DNA from: Chiloscyllium plagiosum
Lineage: Eukaryota
Assembly (NCBI RefSeq): GCF_004010195.1
Contig: NC_057758.1
Coordinates: 8,583,011 to 8,647,010 of the forward strand
Length of the DNA: 64,000 bases
Reading direction: 5' to 3'
The position numbers were made by a program, and so were the translations under genes. Positions 25,702-37,662 of this stretch are shown here, piece after piece. Position 1 is the first letter of the stretch; every line of letters starts with the position of its first letter. Below the pieces are notes generated by a model. The model saw only the letters and a program-made list of their open reading frames with translations. It ran no database searches and had not been told where the DNA came from.

Positions 25702-26609
25702 ACAAACACACATCACATTACTTTGTAGAAGAATACCAATAACCTTATAAATAATTAGAATGACAATTGGATGGGACGAAATTGTTAAATGCAGGATGTG
25801 AACAATTAGGGCTACTCTTCATTAAGCAGAACGGACAAAGCTGTGCACTTATTGCAGTGCTCAAAATTATGGAAATAATGGCAGCATAAAATACGAATAC
25901 TCTGTTTCTGTTCGTTGGCATTACAGCGTCCAGGAGTCCTAGTTTCAAGATTTTCAGCACAAGAGCTAGGAGTGAGATAAGGAAAAACTTCTTTTTTTGA
26001 GATATTTGTTAGAATTTAGAATGCTCTGCCTGGGAGAGTTGTGAATGAAGATTCAATAGGGAACGGATATATATTTGTAAGTTACGAATGTAAAGGGCTG
26101 CAGAGACGGGGTGGCAAATTGGAGGAGTTTGTGAGACATTTCCAGAGCTGATGCATACACAGTGGCCCAATAACCTCCTTCTGTCCATTAAAGTTCTGTG
26201 CCCTATCATGTACAGACGCAAGTCAACATCAGTATCTGATTACTTCCTGTTGTAAATGCTGGCATATATCTGATCATATTTACTGCAGCATAACCATTTA
26301 AAATGCAAGTATTGCAATGTCAGCTTGATGATGATGTCTAATTATTACTCAGCACATAAATATTTTAAATCTTCTATCCCAACTGGGAAAACAAATATTT
26401 CTTTGCTTTGGCACAAAACAATATGTAAATGTTTGACTTTTCTCTCATAAGGAAGTATGTTAATTATTTTTATCACTAACCAAATGTCGCATTAAATGCC
26501 ATTCGTTCTTTTAAAAAATGCAAGATTTCAAATTATTGTTCGCTTCAACGTAATTTAATAAATCGTTTATTTAAGTTAATATTCACAGTGTGTGGCAATG
26601 TATTTATTT
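24030..26609 (+). repeat. Segmental duplication copy 3 (direct relative to copy 1; matches ~4754-7365)
   Basis: Begins ttattgatttccgtgtcaaatcatggaagat; has a private 148-bp tandem duplication (25517-25812) and lacks ~180 bp of copy 1 (7166-7345). Confidence 0.95.
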
Positions 26610-27329
26610 AAATACCGACAATGAGTATGTAATTGTAATCACGTCTATAGTCAGATCGCAGATTCTTTGTTCGAAATAAAATAAAATGTGCATTCTTTAT
26701 TTTTGAATCATTAAATGTTGACAGGAGTTTGTATTTTTGTTCCATAAATATAACATCAAGCTCATTGTTTTCAGAGATGACGTAATTATTGTTTGGTTGA
26801 ATAATCATACTTCACATCTTATTTTTGCGCAATTCATGAAACATAACAAATATTCGGATCATAAACTCATCACCTTGCAATCATAAGCTTCGTTGAAAAT
26901 AGATTTAAAAGGATCTGAATTCAGGCAGAGCGTTACTGAAGCTTATAGCTGCCTGTGGCACTGATTGAGATCCTGGCCTGCACTGAAATGTATCCAGAGC
27001 ACGACCACGTGATTCAGGGCAGCCATTCAATCATTATTTCACAACAAATCATTTGGAATCCACCTTGGGCCGGGGGAAACTAGCCACCAGGCTATCATTG
27101 GTCTCTATGTAAGTACAAATGCTGTCCAAATTAGACATCATTGACTCGCGAGCAACCAAGCTTTACGAAATCATTTTCAGTCAGACCCTGGCCCAGAAGG
27201 GCATATGTGAGGACATGGAGTGTCAGAAGCACACCACACAAATCACTGACGGTGAAGACATTTGGCCTATCTCCCAGACTCCATTCGTCTGCAACCTATA
27301 CAGACACTGAGTGGAGATGTTAACAAGGT

Positions 27330-28395
27330 GAAAGTGAAGACAGCAGGTGCTGGAAATTAAAGTCGTGAGGCTGCAGTTGGAAAAGCACAGCAGCTCAGGC
27401 CGCATCCAAGGAGCAGGAAAATCGACATTTAGTGCAAAAGCCCTTAGATAGCAATAAGAATGGGATCCATGAGGGTGGAGTGATAAATGGGAGTGGTTGG
27501 GGCTGGGGAAAGGTAACTGAGAGTGCGATAGTTGGATGAAGGTGTGGGTAATGGTGATACAGCGGAGAGGAGGATGTAGTGGATAGGTGGGAAGGAAGAT
27601 GGACAGGTGGGCACGGTGACTCACAGTGTCAGGGACCAGTTTCGATTCCAGCCTCAGGCAACTCTCTGTGTGGAGTTTGCACATTCTCCCACAAATCCTC
27701 ATGAGTTTCCTCCGGGTGTTCCAGTTTTCTCCCACAGTCCAGAGATGTCCAGACCAGGGGAATTGGCCCTATTAAATTGCACATAGTGAAAGGTGCATTA
27801 GTCAGAGAGAAATGGGTTACTCTTCAGAGGTTTGGTACGGGCTTATTCGGCCAAAGGGCCTGCTTCCACTCTGTAGGGAATCTTAAAAAAAAAACCCTTT
27901 CCCACTTTGAATAAAAAGATGGGACGTATCACGAGGGCGGTGCTAAGCTGGAAGTTTGGAAATGTGATAAGGTTGGAGGAGGGGAAGTGTGGAAACTGGT
28001 GAAATCCACATTGATGCCATGGGGTTGGAGTGTCCTGAGGTCCAAGATGAGGTGGTAAGGAAGGAGCGATGCATGAAGCCCTGGACCTGCATGTCCTCAG
28101 CAGAGTGGGAGGGGGAGGTGAAGCGTTCAACCACGGGGCTGTGGGGTTGCTTGGTGCGGGTGTCCCAGAGATGATCTCTGAAGTGCTCAGCGAGTAGAAG
28201 TCCTATCTCCCCAACGTATAGAATACCACATCGGGAGCAACGGATACAGTCGCCGACATGTGTGGAATTGCAGGTGAAACCTTGATGGATGTGGAAGGAT
28301 CTTTAGGGCCAGTGGGAAGAGGTGTGGGCACCTTCCTGTGGTGGCAGGGGAAGGTGCCTAGAGAGGAGAGTGAATTTTTGCGGACCTGACGCGCA
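27330..28395 (-). mobile_element. Penelope-like element fragment (GIY-YIG region and terminus) with a nested SINE
   Basis: VERFTSPSHSAEDMQV peptide; colinear with 57555-58455. Confidence 0.75.
27608..27894 (+). mobile_element. HE1-like SINE nested in Penelope
   Basis: gcacggtgactca head, ctgtgtggagtttgcacattctcccc core, ggccaaagggcctgcttccactctgtagggaatc tail, then an A run. Confidence 0.8.
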
Positions 28396-28404
28396 CTACG
28401 TATC

Positions 28405-29345
28405 TTTTATCCTGCATTCTGCATTCATATTTGATTGTCCAGAACGATTCGCTTCAGGCTTTTCCAGGTTGAAATCCACTTATCAGCCCAGTTATTCCAG
28501 TCCATGTCCCATTGCAAACTACAACAACCCTCCACACTATCCACAATTCTACTGACCTTTGTTCCACCGACAAATGTAATAGCCCACCCTTCCAATTCCT
28601 CATCCAAATCATTTATAACAACCAGAAACAGCAGAGTTCCCAGAATCGAATTCTACAGAACACCACTGTTCACCGAGCTGCAGACTGAATACTTCCCATT
28701 TACTATCACTTTATCATTTATAACAACCACAAACAGCAGAGTTCCCAGAATCGAATCCTACAGAACACCACTGTTCACCGAGCTGCAGACTGAATACTTC
28801 CCATTTACTATCACTTTGTGTCTCTATGGGCCAGTCAATTCTGTACCCAGACAGACAGGTTTCTCTGTATCCCCAGCCTCGTTACTTTCTGAATGAATGT
28901 ACCCTGGAGACCGTGATCAAACACCTTTTTAAAATCCATGCACTCCGCATCCACTGCTCGACCTTCTTCAATGTGTTTGATCCTATCCTCAATGAGTTCC
29001 ATAAGCTTTGGGAGGCATGGCTTGCCCTTCACAAAGTCATGCTGACTAATTCTAATCAAGCTATGATTTTTCAAGTAATCATAAGTTCTGTCTCTCAGAA
29101 TCCTCTCCACGACTTTGCCCAATACTGATGTAAGACTGACTGGACTGTAATTCTCAGGACTATCCTAATTCCCATTCCTGAACAAGGGACTAACATTTGC
29201 AACCCTCAATCATCTGGCACTTCTCCAATGGAGAGTGAATACGCAAAGATCATCGCCAAAGGCGCAGAAATCTCTTCCCTCTCTTCCTGTAGGAACCTAG
29301 GGTGTTTACCCTCTGGCCCAGGGGATTTATCTATTCTTATGTTTG
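28405..29345 (-). mobile_element. CR1 ORF2 RT fragment
   Basis: GKVVERILRDRTYDYLKNHSLIRISQHDFVKGKPCLPKLMELIE...MDFKKVFD. Confidence 0.85.
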
Positions 29346-29879
29346 TACTTCAATTAGTCTGTCCTCCAGCTGAAATTGTCTACTCCCTGTCCAATAAACT
29401 GATTGATTGTTTTCTATTTCAGGGCTATATAACGTGCTGCTTCACTGAGCATGTATGATCCCAATATCCTGTGAACCATGGAATGAAAAGTATGGGAAGG
29501 CATGAATGCGCTCCTGATGAAGGGGTGATGCCCACATCTTTGACTGTCTTGCTCCTCAGGTGTTGCCTGACTGGTTTTTCGTTTCCAGTGCCACACTTTT
29601 CGACTCTGATCTCCAGCATCTGCCGTCCTCTTTTTCCCTATGATTGACGGCTGTCCCCTCTGCACACTGAGCAGGGAATTAATCAGCAGAAACACATTGT
29701 ATGTGGAGCAGACTGCTCAGTTCTGGAAAATTGCATTACATTAATACATCTATTCAAAACAAAATTGCATTTCAACAAATACTAATTGAGTCCCAGAGTT
29801 ACAGTTTTGGTACATGAATTGGGCAGTTTGATAAGGAACAGTGAATGACTGGAGAACTCCGAGGTACAGAGTATTCCAG

Positions 29880-31500
29880 GTGTTATATTGCAGGGTGGAT
29901 GTGCTTTACCTTAATGCTGGGAATGTTATTGGACAGACAGATGTGATATTGGAACAAGGTGGCATGTGGAAATGCGACATTGTTGCCATTACAGAGATGC
30001 GTTTGAGGGAGGTCAGGGCTTACTACTCAATGTATTGTGGCACAAGAACTCTCAGCAGGACAGGAGAGGGGTAAAATAGGAGGTGGTGTTGCATGATTAG
30101 TTATGGAGTAGAAGTTACTACAGTAAGGAGGGGCGATATCTTGGAAAGATCTTCTAATGAGGCTTGGTTGTTAGAGCTCAGGATCAAAACCATGGCAGAG
30201 GCACTGCTGGGAACATATTATAGATCCCCAGATAAAAGAAAGTACAGGAGCAGATATAAAACCAATTTACTGAGTTGTGTAAAAACAACAGGTTTATTAT
30301 ACACAGGCATTTCATTTCCAAGCATTAATTCGGGCAGTGAGAATATTTTAAGAGGGGAAAGATGCCTTTAAATTTATTGCAGAAATCTCCTTGTATCATC
30401 ATGGAGCAGATACAACAATGGGTGTGGCAGTGATGTGCCTCCCTGCGAGGAATGAAGCCAGTCAGGATATTGCAGGCAGGATTGGGAAAGCAGCATACGG
30501 CCAGTGACCATGACATCATGCATTTTATGTTTGGTAAGGAAAAGATTTTAAAAATGCACTATCTGGTAAATAAAAGTTTTTTGGATTGGGGAGACCGATT
30601 TTATGAAGAAATATGAGGGAAACTGTCCAGAATACAGTGGCTGCTGCGTGAAACTGAAGCAGAACACCGTGTGGCGGTGGGTTGGGGGATCACTTGATCA
30701 AAATGGAATTAATGAGAGTGTCCGCCCAACGTGTTACACGAAAGATGAAAATTTGGAAAACAAGCCCAGAGAACCTCGAGTGTCAACAAAAAAATCAGAA
30801 CAGAATTAAAAACGAAAGAGAAGCTTAAAGCAGGTACAAAGTGCAAAGTGAGCAGGTCAATGGATGCACGAAATGAATTTTGAAAGAGTCGGGCTAACCT
30901 TAAAACTTCAGGAGAAGAGCAGAAGGGGAATCGTGATAAAATATTTATGGGTAAGATTAACAAGAATCCAACGACATCATATCAGTTTATTAAGAGGAAG
31001 AGGGTAACACCAGATAGAATGGGGAGTATTAGAGACAAAGGGGGCAACCTGTGCACGGAGCAACAGGATATGTTAACCACGGGCTTCATGTCGGTCTTCA
31101 GTTGGGAGAAGCAGTTCCTGGATTCAGGGAGAGTAACAGTGTGCCCTTGAACGATTTGGTACAGAAGCCAAGGAAGAATTGGAAGTTTATGCTGGTTAAG
31201 ATGAGGAAGAAGAGCACAAGCTCTGACATTTTTTTTATTTTTCTCTTGTCTCTGGCCACAGCGAAGGTGTGATGGGACTTGATAACATCTTACGTTGGCA
31301 CAACTCTCGCATAGAGTGCGAGAAATAAGGCATGGGATTAAAGACCACCAAGTCTCCCAACAGTGAGAGGGCAACAATTGTAGACAATTCTGAGGGCTGT
31401 TGAGGTTAGATCATTAAACATCTTGAAGGCTGAGGCAGACTGATTATTAAACAAGGATTTGTTCTAGGGAAAATGCAGTCAAGTAGAATGGGGATTCTCA
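29880..31500 (+). mobile_element. Old degraded CR1 ORF2 (APE endonuclease and linker)
   Basis: LYLNAGNV...DIVAITEM, LLGTYYRSP, KNPTTSYQFIKRKRVTPDRMGSIRDKGGNLC. Confidence 0.7.
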
Positions 31501-32031
31501 AAATAAATATAACGGAATTGAACAGAAAAGCAAAGTCAGTGCGCAGATAGCAAGAATGTTGCTTCAATGTCTAATGCCATTCTTTTTCCAACAGCCCTGT
31601 GTTCACTGGAACATAACTTCTCTCCCTTTGGAGTGATACATAGTTTGGAACGCAATCGACGGATTCAAGGATTTCATTAATGCAGTAGGAATAGACAGAA
31701 AGGACGAGGGGACAGCGACAACGCGGGTTGGCTGTTGGGGTGAATATTTGCCTCAGCGCAGTCACCACCAGAAGAAGGAAGACTCAGAAAGAGACCCTCC
31801 AAGTACAAGTAATACGGTGCTCTAGAGAGCAGGTCGTCATGTGCTTGGTGTCAAGGAATGTCTAAGGCACAAACATTGCATTACTGTAGTGTCTCCCTTC
31901 TTCCCTAAACAAAACTAAATGTGGTGGAGTAGAGAAAATGCAGTTGGTAGCAGAGTAAGTAGTAAGTCATTGGTTTGAGAGGCTTCAGACAGCAGCAGCT
32001 CAGAAAAAAAGTACAGGCAAGCTCAAATAAA

Positions 32032-32849
32032 NNNNNNNNNNNNNNNNNNNNNNNNNNNNNNNNNNNNNNNNNNNNNNNNNNNNNNNNNNNNNNNNNNNNN
32101 NNNNNNNNNNNNNNNNNNNNNNNNNNNNNNNNNNNNNNNNNNNNNNNNNNNNNNNNNNNNNNNNNNNNNNNNNNNNNNNNNNNNNNNNNNNNNNNNNNNN
32201 NNNNNNNNNNNNNNNNNNNNNNNNNNNNNNNNNNNNNNNNNNNNNNNNNNNNNNNNNNNNNNNNNNNNNNNNNNNNNNNNNNNNNNNNNNNNNNNNNNNN
32301 NNNNNNNNNNNNNNNNNNNNNNNNNNNNNNNNNNNNNNNNNNNNNNNNNNNNNNNNNNNNNNNNNNNNNNNNNNNNNNNNNNNNNNNNNNNNNNNNNNNN
32401 NNNNNNNNNNNNNNNNNNNNNNNNNNNNNNNNNNNNNNNNNNNNNNNNNNNNNNNNNNNNNNNNNNNNNNNNNNNNNNNNNNNNNNNNNNNNNNNNNNNN
32501 NNNNNNNNNNNNNNNNNNNNNNNNNNNNNNNNNNNNNNNNNNNNNNNNNNNNNNNNNNNNNNNNNNNNNNNNNNNNNNNNNNNNNNNNNNNNNNNNNNNN
32601 NNNNNNNNNNNNNNNNNNNNNNNNNNNNNNNNNNNNNNNNNNNNNNNNNNNNNNNNNNNNNNNNNNNNNNNNNNNNNNNNNNNNNNNNNNNNNNNNNNNN
32701 NNNNNNNNNNNNNNNNNNNNNNNNNNNNNNNNNNNNNNNNNNNNNNNNNNNNNNNNNNNNNNNNNNNNNNNNNNNNNNNNNNNNNNNNNNNNNNNNNNNN
32801 NNNNNNNNNNNNNNNNNNNNNNNNNNNNNNNNNNNNNNNNNNNNNNNNN
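32032..32849. other. Assembly gap, 818 N
   Basis: N run. Confidence 0.99.
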
Positions 32850-33936
32850 ATCGTTCTGGTGAATCAACTGCGTATTCAAATTGACATGGATTGTCACATA
32901 CCCGCTCCTCACTTTCCTGGTTTCAAAAGTCAATTGTAGGGCTGCTCTATCATCGCCTGTGCCTTGCAGATTAAACCACACTTCACTCTTTGTATGTCTC
33001 TCGGCCACCTGCAGATGAAATTTAGCCTGAAACAAGGTGATGCTTTTCCGATGTTAGACCGTGGAAGGGCAACATCAACAAAATGCTTCAATATGAAACT
33101 GGATGCAGAAATGGAGAAGGCTTCTTTTTGCGTTCCAGATTCTTTCAGCAGCAGAGAGAGTTCAATGAATAAAAAGCTGTTTTTTCATTGATTAGTCCCT
33201 GCATTGGAGAAATGACAGTTTGTTTGCAGAAACAGGCAATGGAGATTTCAGTTTGTAAGGCCATACATGGATGAAGACGCTAATTGCAGAATCTGTTAAA
33301 ACCAATTCCCTGAGATAATGAAGTGCTTCAGCATTACGTGGTTATTTATACAAATTTGAAATAGACTGTGAGAATTGAAATGCAATGGAGATTTCAGTTT
33401 GTAAGGACATACATGGATGAAGACGCTAATTGCAGAATCTGTTAAAACCAATTCCCTGAGATAATGAAGTGCTTCAGCATTACGTGGTTATTTATACAAA
33501 TTTGAAATAGACTGTGAGAATTGAAATTACACAATATGCCGTTAAAGTTTAACCGCTCAAGTGGAGGTGTGGAAGCCTATTTCAGAATTTTTCAATGTTT
33601 AAAACCGAAGTTAGGCTTGTTTTATCCAGAAAGCCGGAATTTATAAGGTACTAAATGAGACTTCAAATGTTGTGCTGTGCAAAAATAACATAAGCTCGAT
33701 CTGAAAGTTGAACATAAATCCTCCATCACCAGAGATACATATTATTTATTTGGCGGCATTTTTGAGGAACAGAGCATGCATGTGAGAGAGTGAGTACGAC
33801 GGTGAGGGAACACGTGAGATTTTGTGGATGATTTTATTTTAAGTGAGAGATTGCGCTTCAATGTGTGTGAGAGGTACGTGTGCAATTGTGTCATTCAGTC
33901 AGATGATGAGTAGTTGCCTTCAAACCTGCATCTGGG

Positions 33937-33962
33937 TGAGTGTGTGTGTGTGTGTGTTTGTC

Positions 33963-34005
<43 letters not shown>
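33937..34005. repeat. (TG)n microsatellite
   Basis: Read directly from the sequence. Confidence 0.9.
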
Positions 34006-34008
<3 letters not shown>

Positions 34009-35574
34009 CACGTGCGATTGACTGTAAGTGTGTGAATACATGCCAGAGTGTTTGTGTACGTGGACTTATGCACATGTGACAGACTGAGTGTCTGCCGTTA
34101 TCTACATATTTCTATGTCTACGTGTGTGAAGAGGATGTCCAAATGAATGCTAATATCTTTAATGCCACAGGATTCTGACGAAGAATGAGTCCCATCAATT
34201 CTGAAGATTCAGAATAAAATTTCCTGGCCATGATTGGAAGCGAAGCAATTATCATTCGAATTATTGACTGCACCGTCATCTTAAATTTTCAGTGCTATAA
34301 AAACCACCTTCCAAGGACCATAATGATAAATAATGTCGCACCGTTTTGAACAGAAGCATTCTGTTTACTTTTTCCATTCTTGCTACAAAAACAAATTACT
34401 CTACAACAACTATATTCCCACTGCAATTCTGAAAAGTTATTCATGAGGCGTAGACATAAAATTCGGTGATACAATGAATGTAGCAGGCTCAGCTCCATTC
34501 AGTACCGTCTTATTCCCATGTTATAATATTTAGTAAGAAAATTGCCCTGCCTCAGGGACAATACCTCATTGATACTGGAAATGTAGATTTTAAAGGGAAT
34601 TGAGATTATTAATAGATCACTAAGTTATTTTTCAAATATCTGCTGAACATGGGCATGTCTTTGCTGTATTTTCCACCTGGTAAATACTTGTCCACTCAAT
34701 GAATCCGTCCACATCTATTTTCTGTTGTTATGGTCGTACTCAAAGTTATCTCACATAACGTCACCTCGCCATTAATGATGGAGTCACTACATTTGCTCCC
34801 TTTGACTAAATTACCGATATTGATTCTACAGTGCAGCGGTTTCATGAGTGACTGTTCTGGCACCCCCATTAATGCCAACACAGTAACATGAGAATGACAA
34901 TTTTAACCGTCCACTATCCAATGTTCTATTCAATGGTTGGGTAAGAAAACAGTTGGATAAATTTGACAAAACCCCTCAGCTCACGTTTAAAACAAGGCTG
35001 TTGCAAGAAATAAAGTTGGTAGTTGCGATGAATCCAAATGCTAACCAGTGAGCAGGGCATTTGTTATGCAAATACCAGTGAATTGCATTGCCAATGAACC
35101 GGAATATATCTTTTTTGACAATGAATGTGCAAACTATTCTCATGGTTACTAATTGGTTGGGATGTATCCTGCTTGAATAGCAAATGATATAACAAGGAAA
35201 TTTCCTCCATTCTTATGTAGATGCCACCGTTGTATTAAAAAAAGCATTGTTTCGCACACGTCAGGTTTTGGAGTATTCACTAACATTGGCAGAACACTTC
35301 GTTGGCTAATTTACTTTGTAAACTTCATTATAATGAGTTGTGATACGGAGTGAATTGAATTGAATGAGTGCTGGCAGGGTCTCTGAAGCAGTCATTATAT
35401 TATGACATGGTTTATTTCTGACATTTCAGAACGGACGGTTAGGATTTCTTACATTTAATGAACAATGGCTTGTTTTCAAGGCATTGAACGCAGATCTGAG
35501 AACATTAATTGAACAATTGTAAATAGTGTTAGTGATGATGTAACCTGAAATTGTCACATGAGGATTTATGGGTG

Positions 35575-35582
35575 TATAAGTA
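35575..35582 (+). promoter_or_regulatory. Possible TATA-like box of GPCR gene A
   Basis: TATAAGTA 80 bp upstream of the ATG; position is the only support. Confidence 0.25.
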
Positions 35583-35654
35583 GACGATAACTTCCACTGG
35601 CTCAGCCATGCACAACTCGTCTAGTGGCGAAAGATTTTCGAGGTAAAACAGAAA

Positions 35655-35724
35655 ATGGGACAAACTGCAATTCTGTTGATGAAAGAAATTTACTATCCGA
35701 TTTTGGCAGCCATTGGTGTGCCTG
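35655..35724 (+). CDS. Exon 1 of GPR139-like GPCR gene A
   Basis: aaaATGg context, MGQTAILLMKEIYYPILAAIGVP + G|gtgagt; joins in frame to ag|CG AAC CTG (A-N-L-L-T-I). Confidence 0.9.
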
Positions 35725-36272
35725 GTGAGTTGCATCATTTTCTATTCTTATCGTATGTGAACTGCTTGTTCTTTCATCTCATTCGAAATGTAGAATAATA
35801 GAAGATATTTATACGAATGCAGAAATGCTAGTTCCAAAAATTGACATTGGTGGAGAAATGTTGACAGCATCTGCGATGACAGAAGCAGCGTCAATGTTTC
35901 AGGACTCGTGAATCTTTGCAGCAATTCTACACTTCTTTGTTTTATTTGAACTGTTACCAGTTATTTGTATTATTTAGCCATGTCTTATGTGAAGTTTACT
36001 CGTAATTAATTACACTGTATGGCACTCCGCTCGAAATTTTAGCAGAACAATTTGAGCCAAATATTTTTCATTCGTGTCCTCTTGAAGGGTCAGCTTTCAA
36101 ACAGGTCATGACTCATTATAGGTAGGTTTCCCAGTGAATCGCTTTAACAAATCAAATCCCAGCAGGGTATTTTGTGTTGTCGCGTATAGAGGGAACATTC
36201 CATGCACAATTGTATCCATTACAATCTTAAGGAGAAAAATGAAATATTACCATCTGTTTTAATTCTTTACAG

Positions 36273-36829
36273 CGAACCTGCTGACTATTGTGGTTCTTTT
36301 CCAAGGAAACTGCGCTCTTTCCAAGTGTATCTCTGTCTACATGATGGCCATGGCAACGGCAGATCTACTGGTCATGCTCAATAATGTATTAATATACTAT
36401 ATTTTCAGTTACCACTTTCCAACCTCATTCCTCTCACAGACCTCGGTTTGTAAATTCATTATATACATGACAGGAGTTACTCTTGATTGTTCCGTTTGGT
36501 TCACTGTTTCCTTTACTTTCGACCGATATGTGGTGATCTGCTGCCGAAAGTTTAAGACGAGGTACTGCACTGAAAGAACGGCAGTCGTGGTTGTTACAAT
36601 TCTCATTCTCCTCATCTTTTTGAAAGACGTCCCAATTTTGCTTGCATTTGATCCTGAGATAACAATTAATAAAAGACAGTGGGGATGCCGGGCAAAGGCA
36701 TCTTTCTTCTCCTCAGATTTTGGTGAATCTTTTGTCTGGTTTCACAATTCTTTACAGCGAACCTGCTCACTATTGTGGTTCTTTTCCAAGGAAACTGCGC
36801 TCTTTCCAAGTGTATCTCTGTCTACATGA
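36273..36829 (+). pseudogene. Partial duplicate of exon 2 (TM1 to start of TM5), reading out of frame into the second copy
   Basis: Acceptor aattctttacag ends at 36272; 485-bp period; frame ends FVWFH-NSLQRTCSLLWFFSKETALFPSVSLST*. Confidence 0.85.
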
Positions 36830-37662
36830 TGGCCATGGCAACGGCAGATCTACTGGTCATGCTCAATAATGTATTAATATACTATATTTTCAGTTACCAC
36901 TTTCCAACCTCATTCCTCTCACAGACCTCGGTTTGTAAATTCATTATATACACGACAGGAGTTACTCTTGATTGTTCCGTTTGGTTCACTGTTTCCTTTA
37001 CTTTCGACCGATATGTGGTGATCTGCTGCCGAAAGTTTAAGACGAGGTACTGCACTGAAAGAACGGCCGTCATGGTTGTTACAATTCTCATTCTCCTCAT
37101 GTTTTTGAAAGATGTCCCAATTTTGCTTGCATTTGATCCTGAGATAACAATTAATAAAATACAGTGGGGATGCCAGGCAAAGGCATCTTTCTTCTCCTCA
37201 GATTTTGGTGAATCTTTTGTCTGGTTTCACAGCGCTTCCCTCATTTGGTTCCCTTTCATTTTGATTTCCACATTTAACTCATTAACCATCAGAAAAATTG
37301 TATTGAGCAATCGAGCCAGAAGAAGAATTCAAAGTCATAGCAGTGAAAATCAGAGCGATGCCGAAATGCAGAACCGAAAGAAATCCATCAAGTTGCTCTT
37401 CGCTATTTCAAGCAGTTTCATTTTGTTATGGTTGACACATGCCGTGACATTAGTAATGACCAAACTGACAAACACCACTTATTACCGAGGTGATCGCACA
37501 GACCCAGGATACATCACAACTGAAGTTGCAGCTCTCCTGAGATATTTTAGCTCCTCGCTGAACCCGTGGATTTATGCAGCGACCCAAAAATTATTCAGGG
37601 ATCAAGTGAAAAATGCATTGTTTTTGCCCTGTACGCTATTTATCAGATTCACTAGGAAATGA
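36758..37662 (+). CDS. Exon 2 of GPR139-like class A GPCR gene A (324 aa when spliced to 35655-35724)
   Basis: Acceptor aattctttacag ends at 36757; seven hydrophobic segments, TM2 MAMATADLLV, TM3 SVWFTVSFTFDRYVVIC, TM6 FILLWLT, TM7 SSSLNPWIY, helix 8 FRDQVK. Confidence 0.92.

Noticed and set aside
26950..27310. Possible L1-type ORF2 remnant (TKLYEII...EDIWPISQTPFVCN)
   Set aside because: Too degenerate to support without a search
32900..33015. Possible minus-strand exon (ctgcag...gtatgt) next to the gap
   Set aside because: Peptide not recognisable; splice-like words alone are insufficient
34696..34881. Minus-strand VLALMGVP resembling the end of exon 1
   Set aside because: No YYP motif and no GT donor after GVP
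35655..37662. Assigning the symbol GPR139 to gene A
   Set aside because: Shares layout and motifs but is too divergent and multi-copy to call the orthologue without a tree
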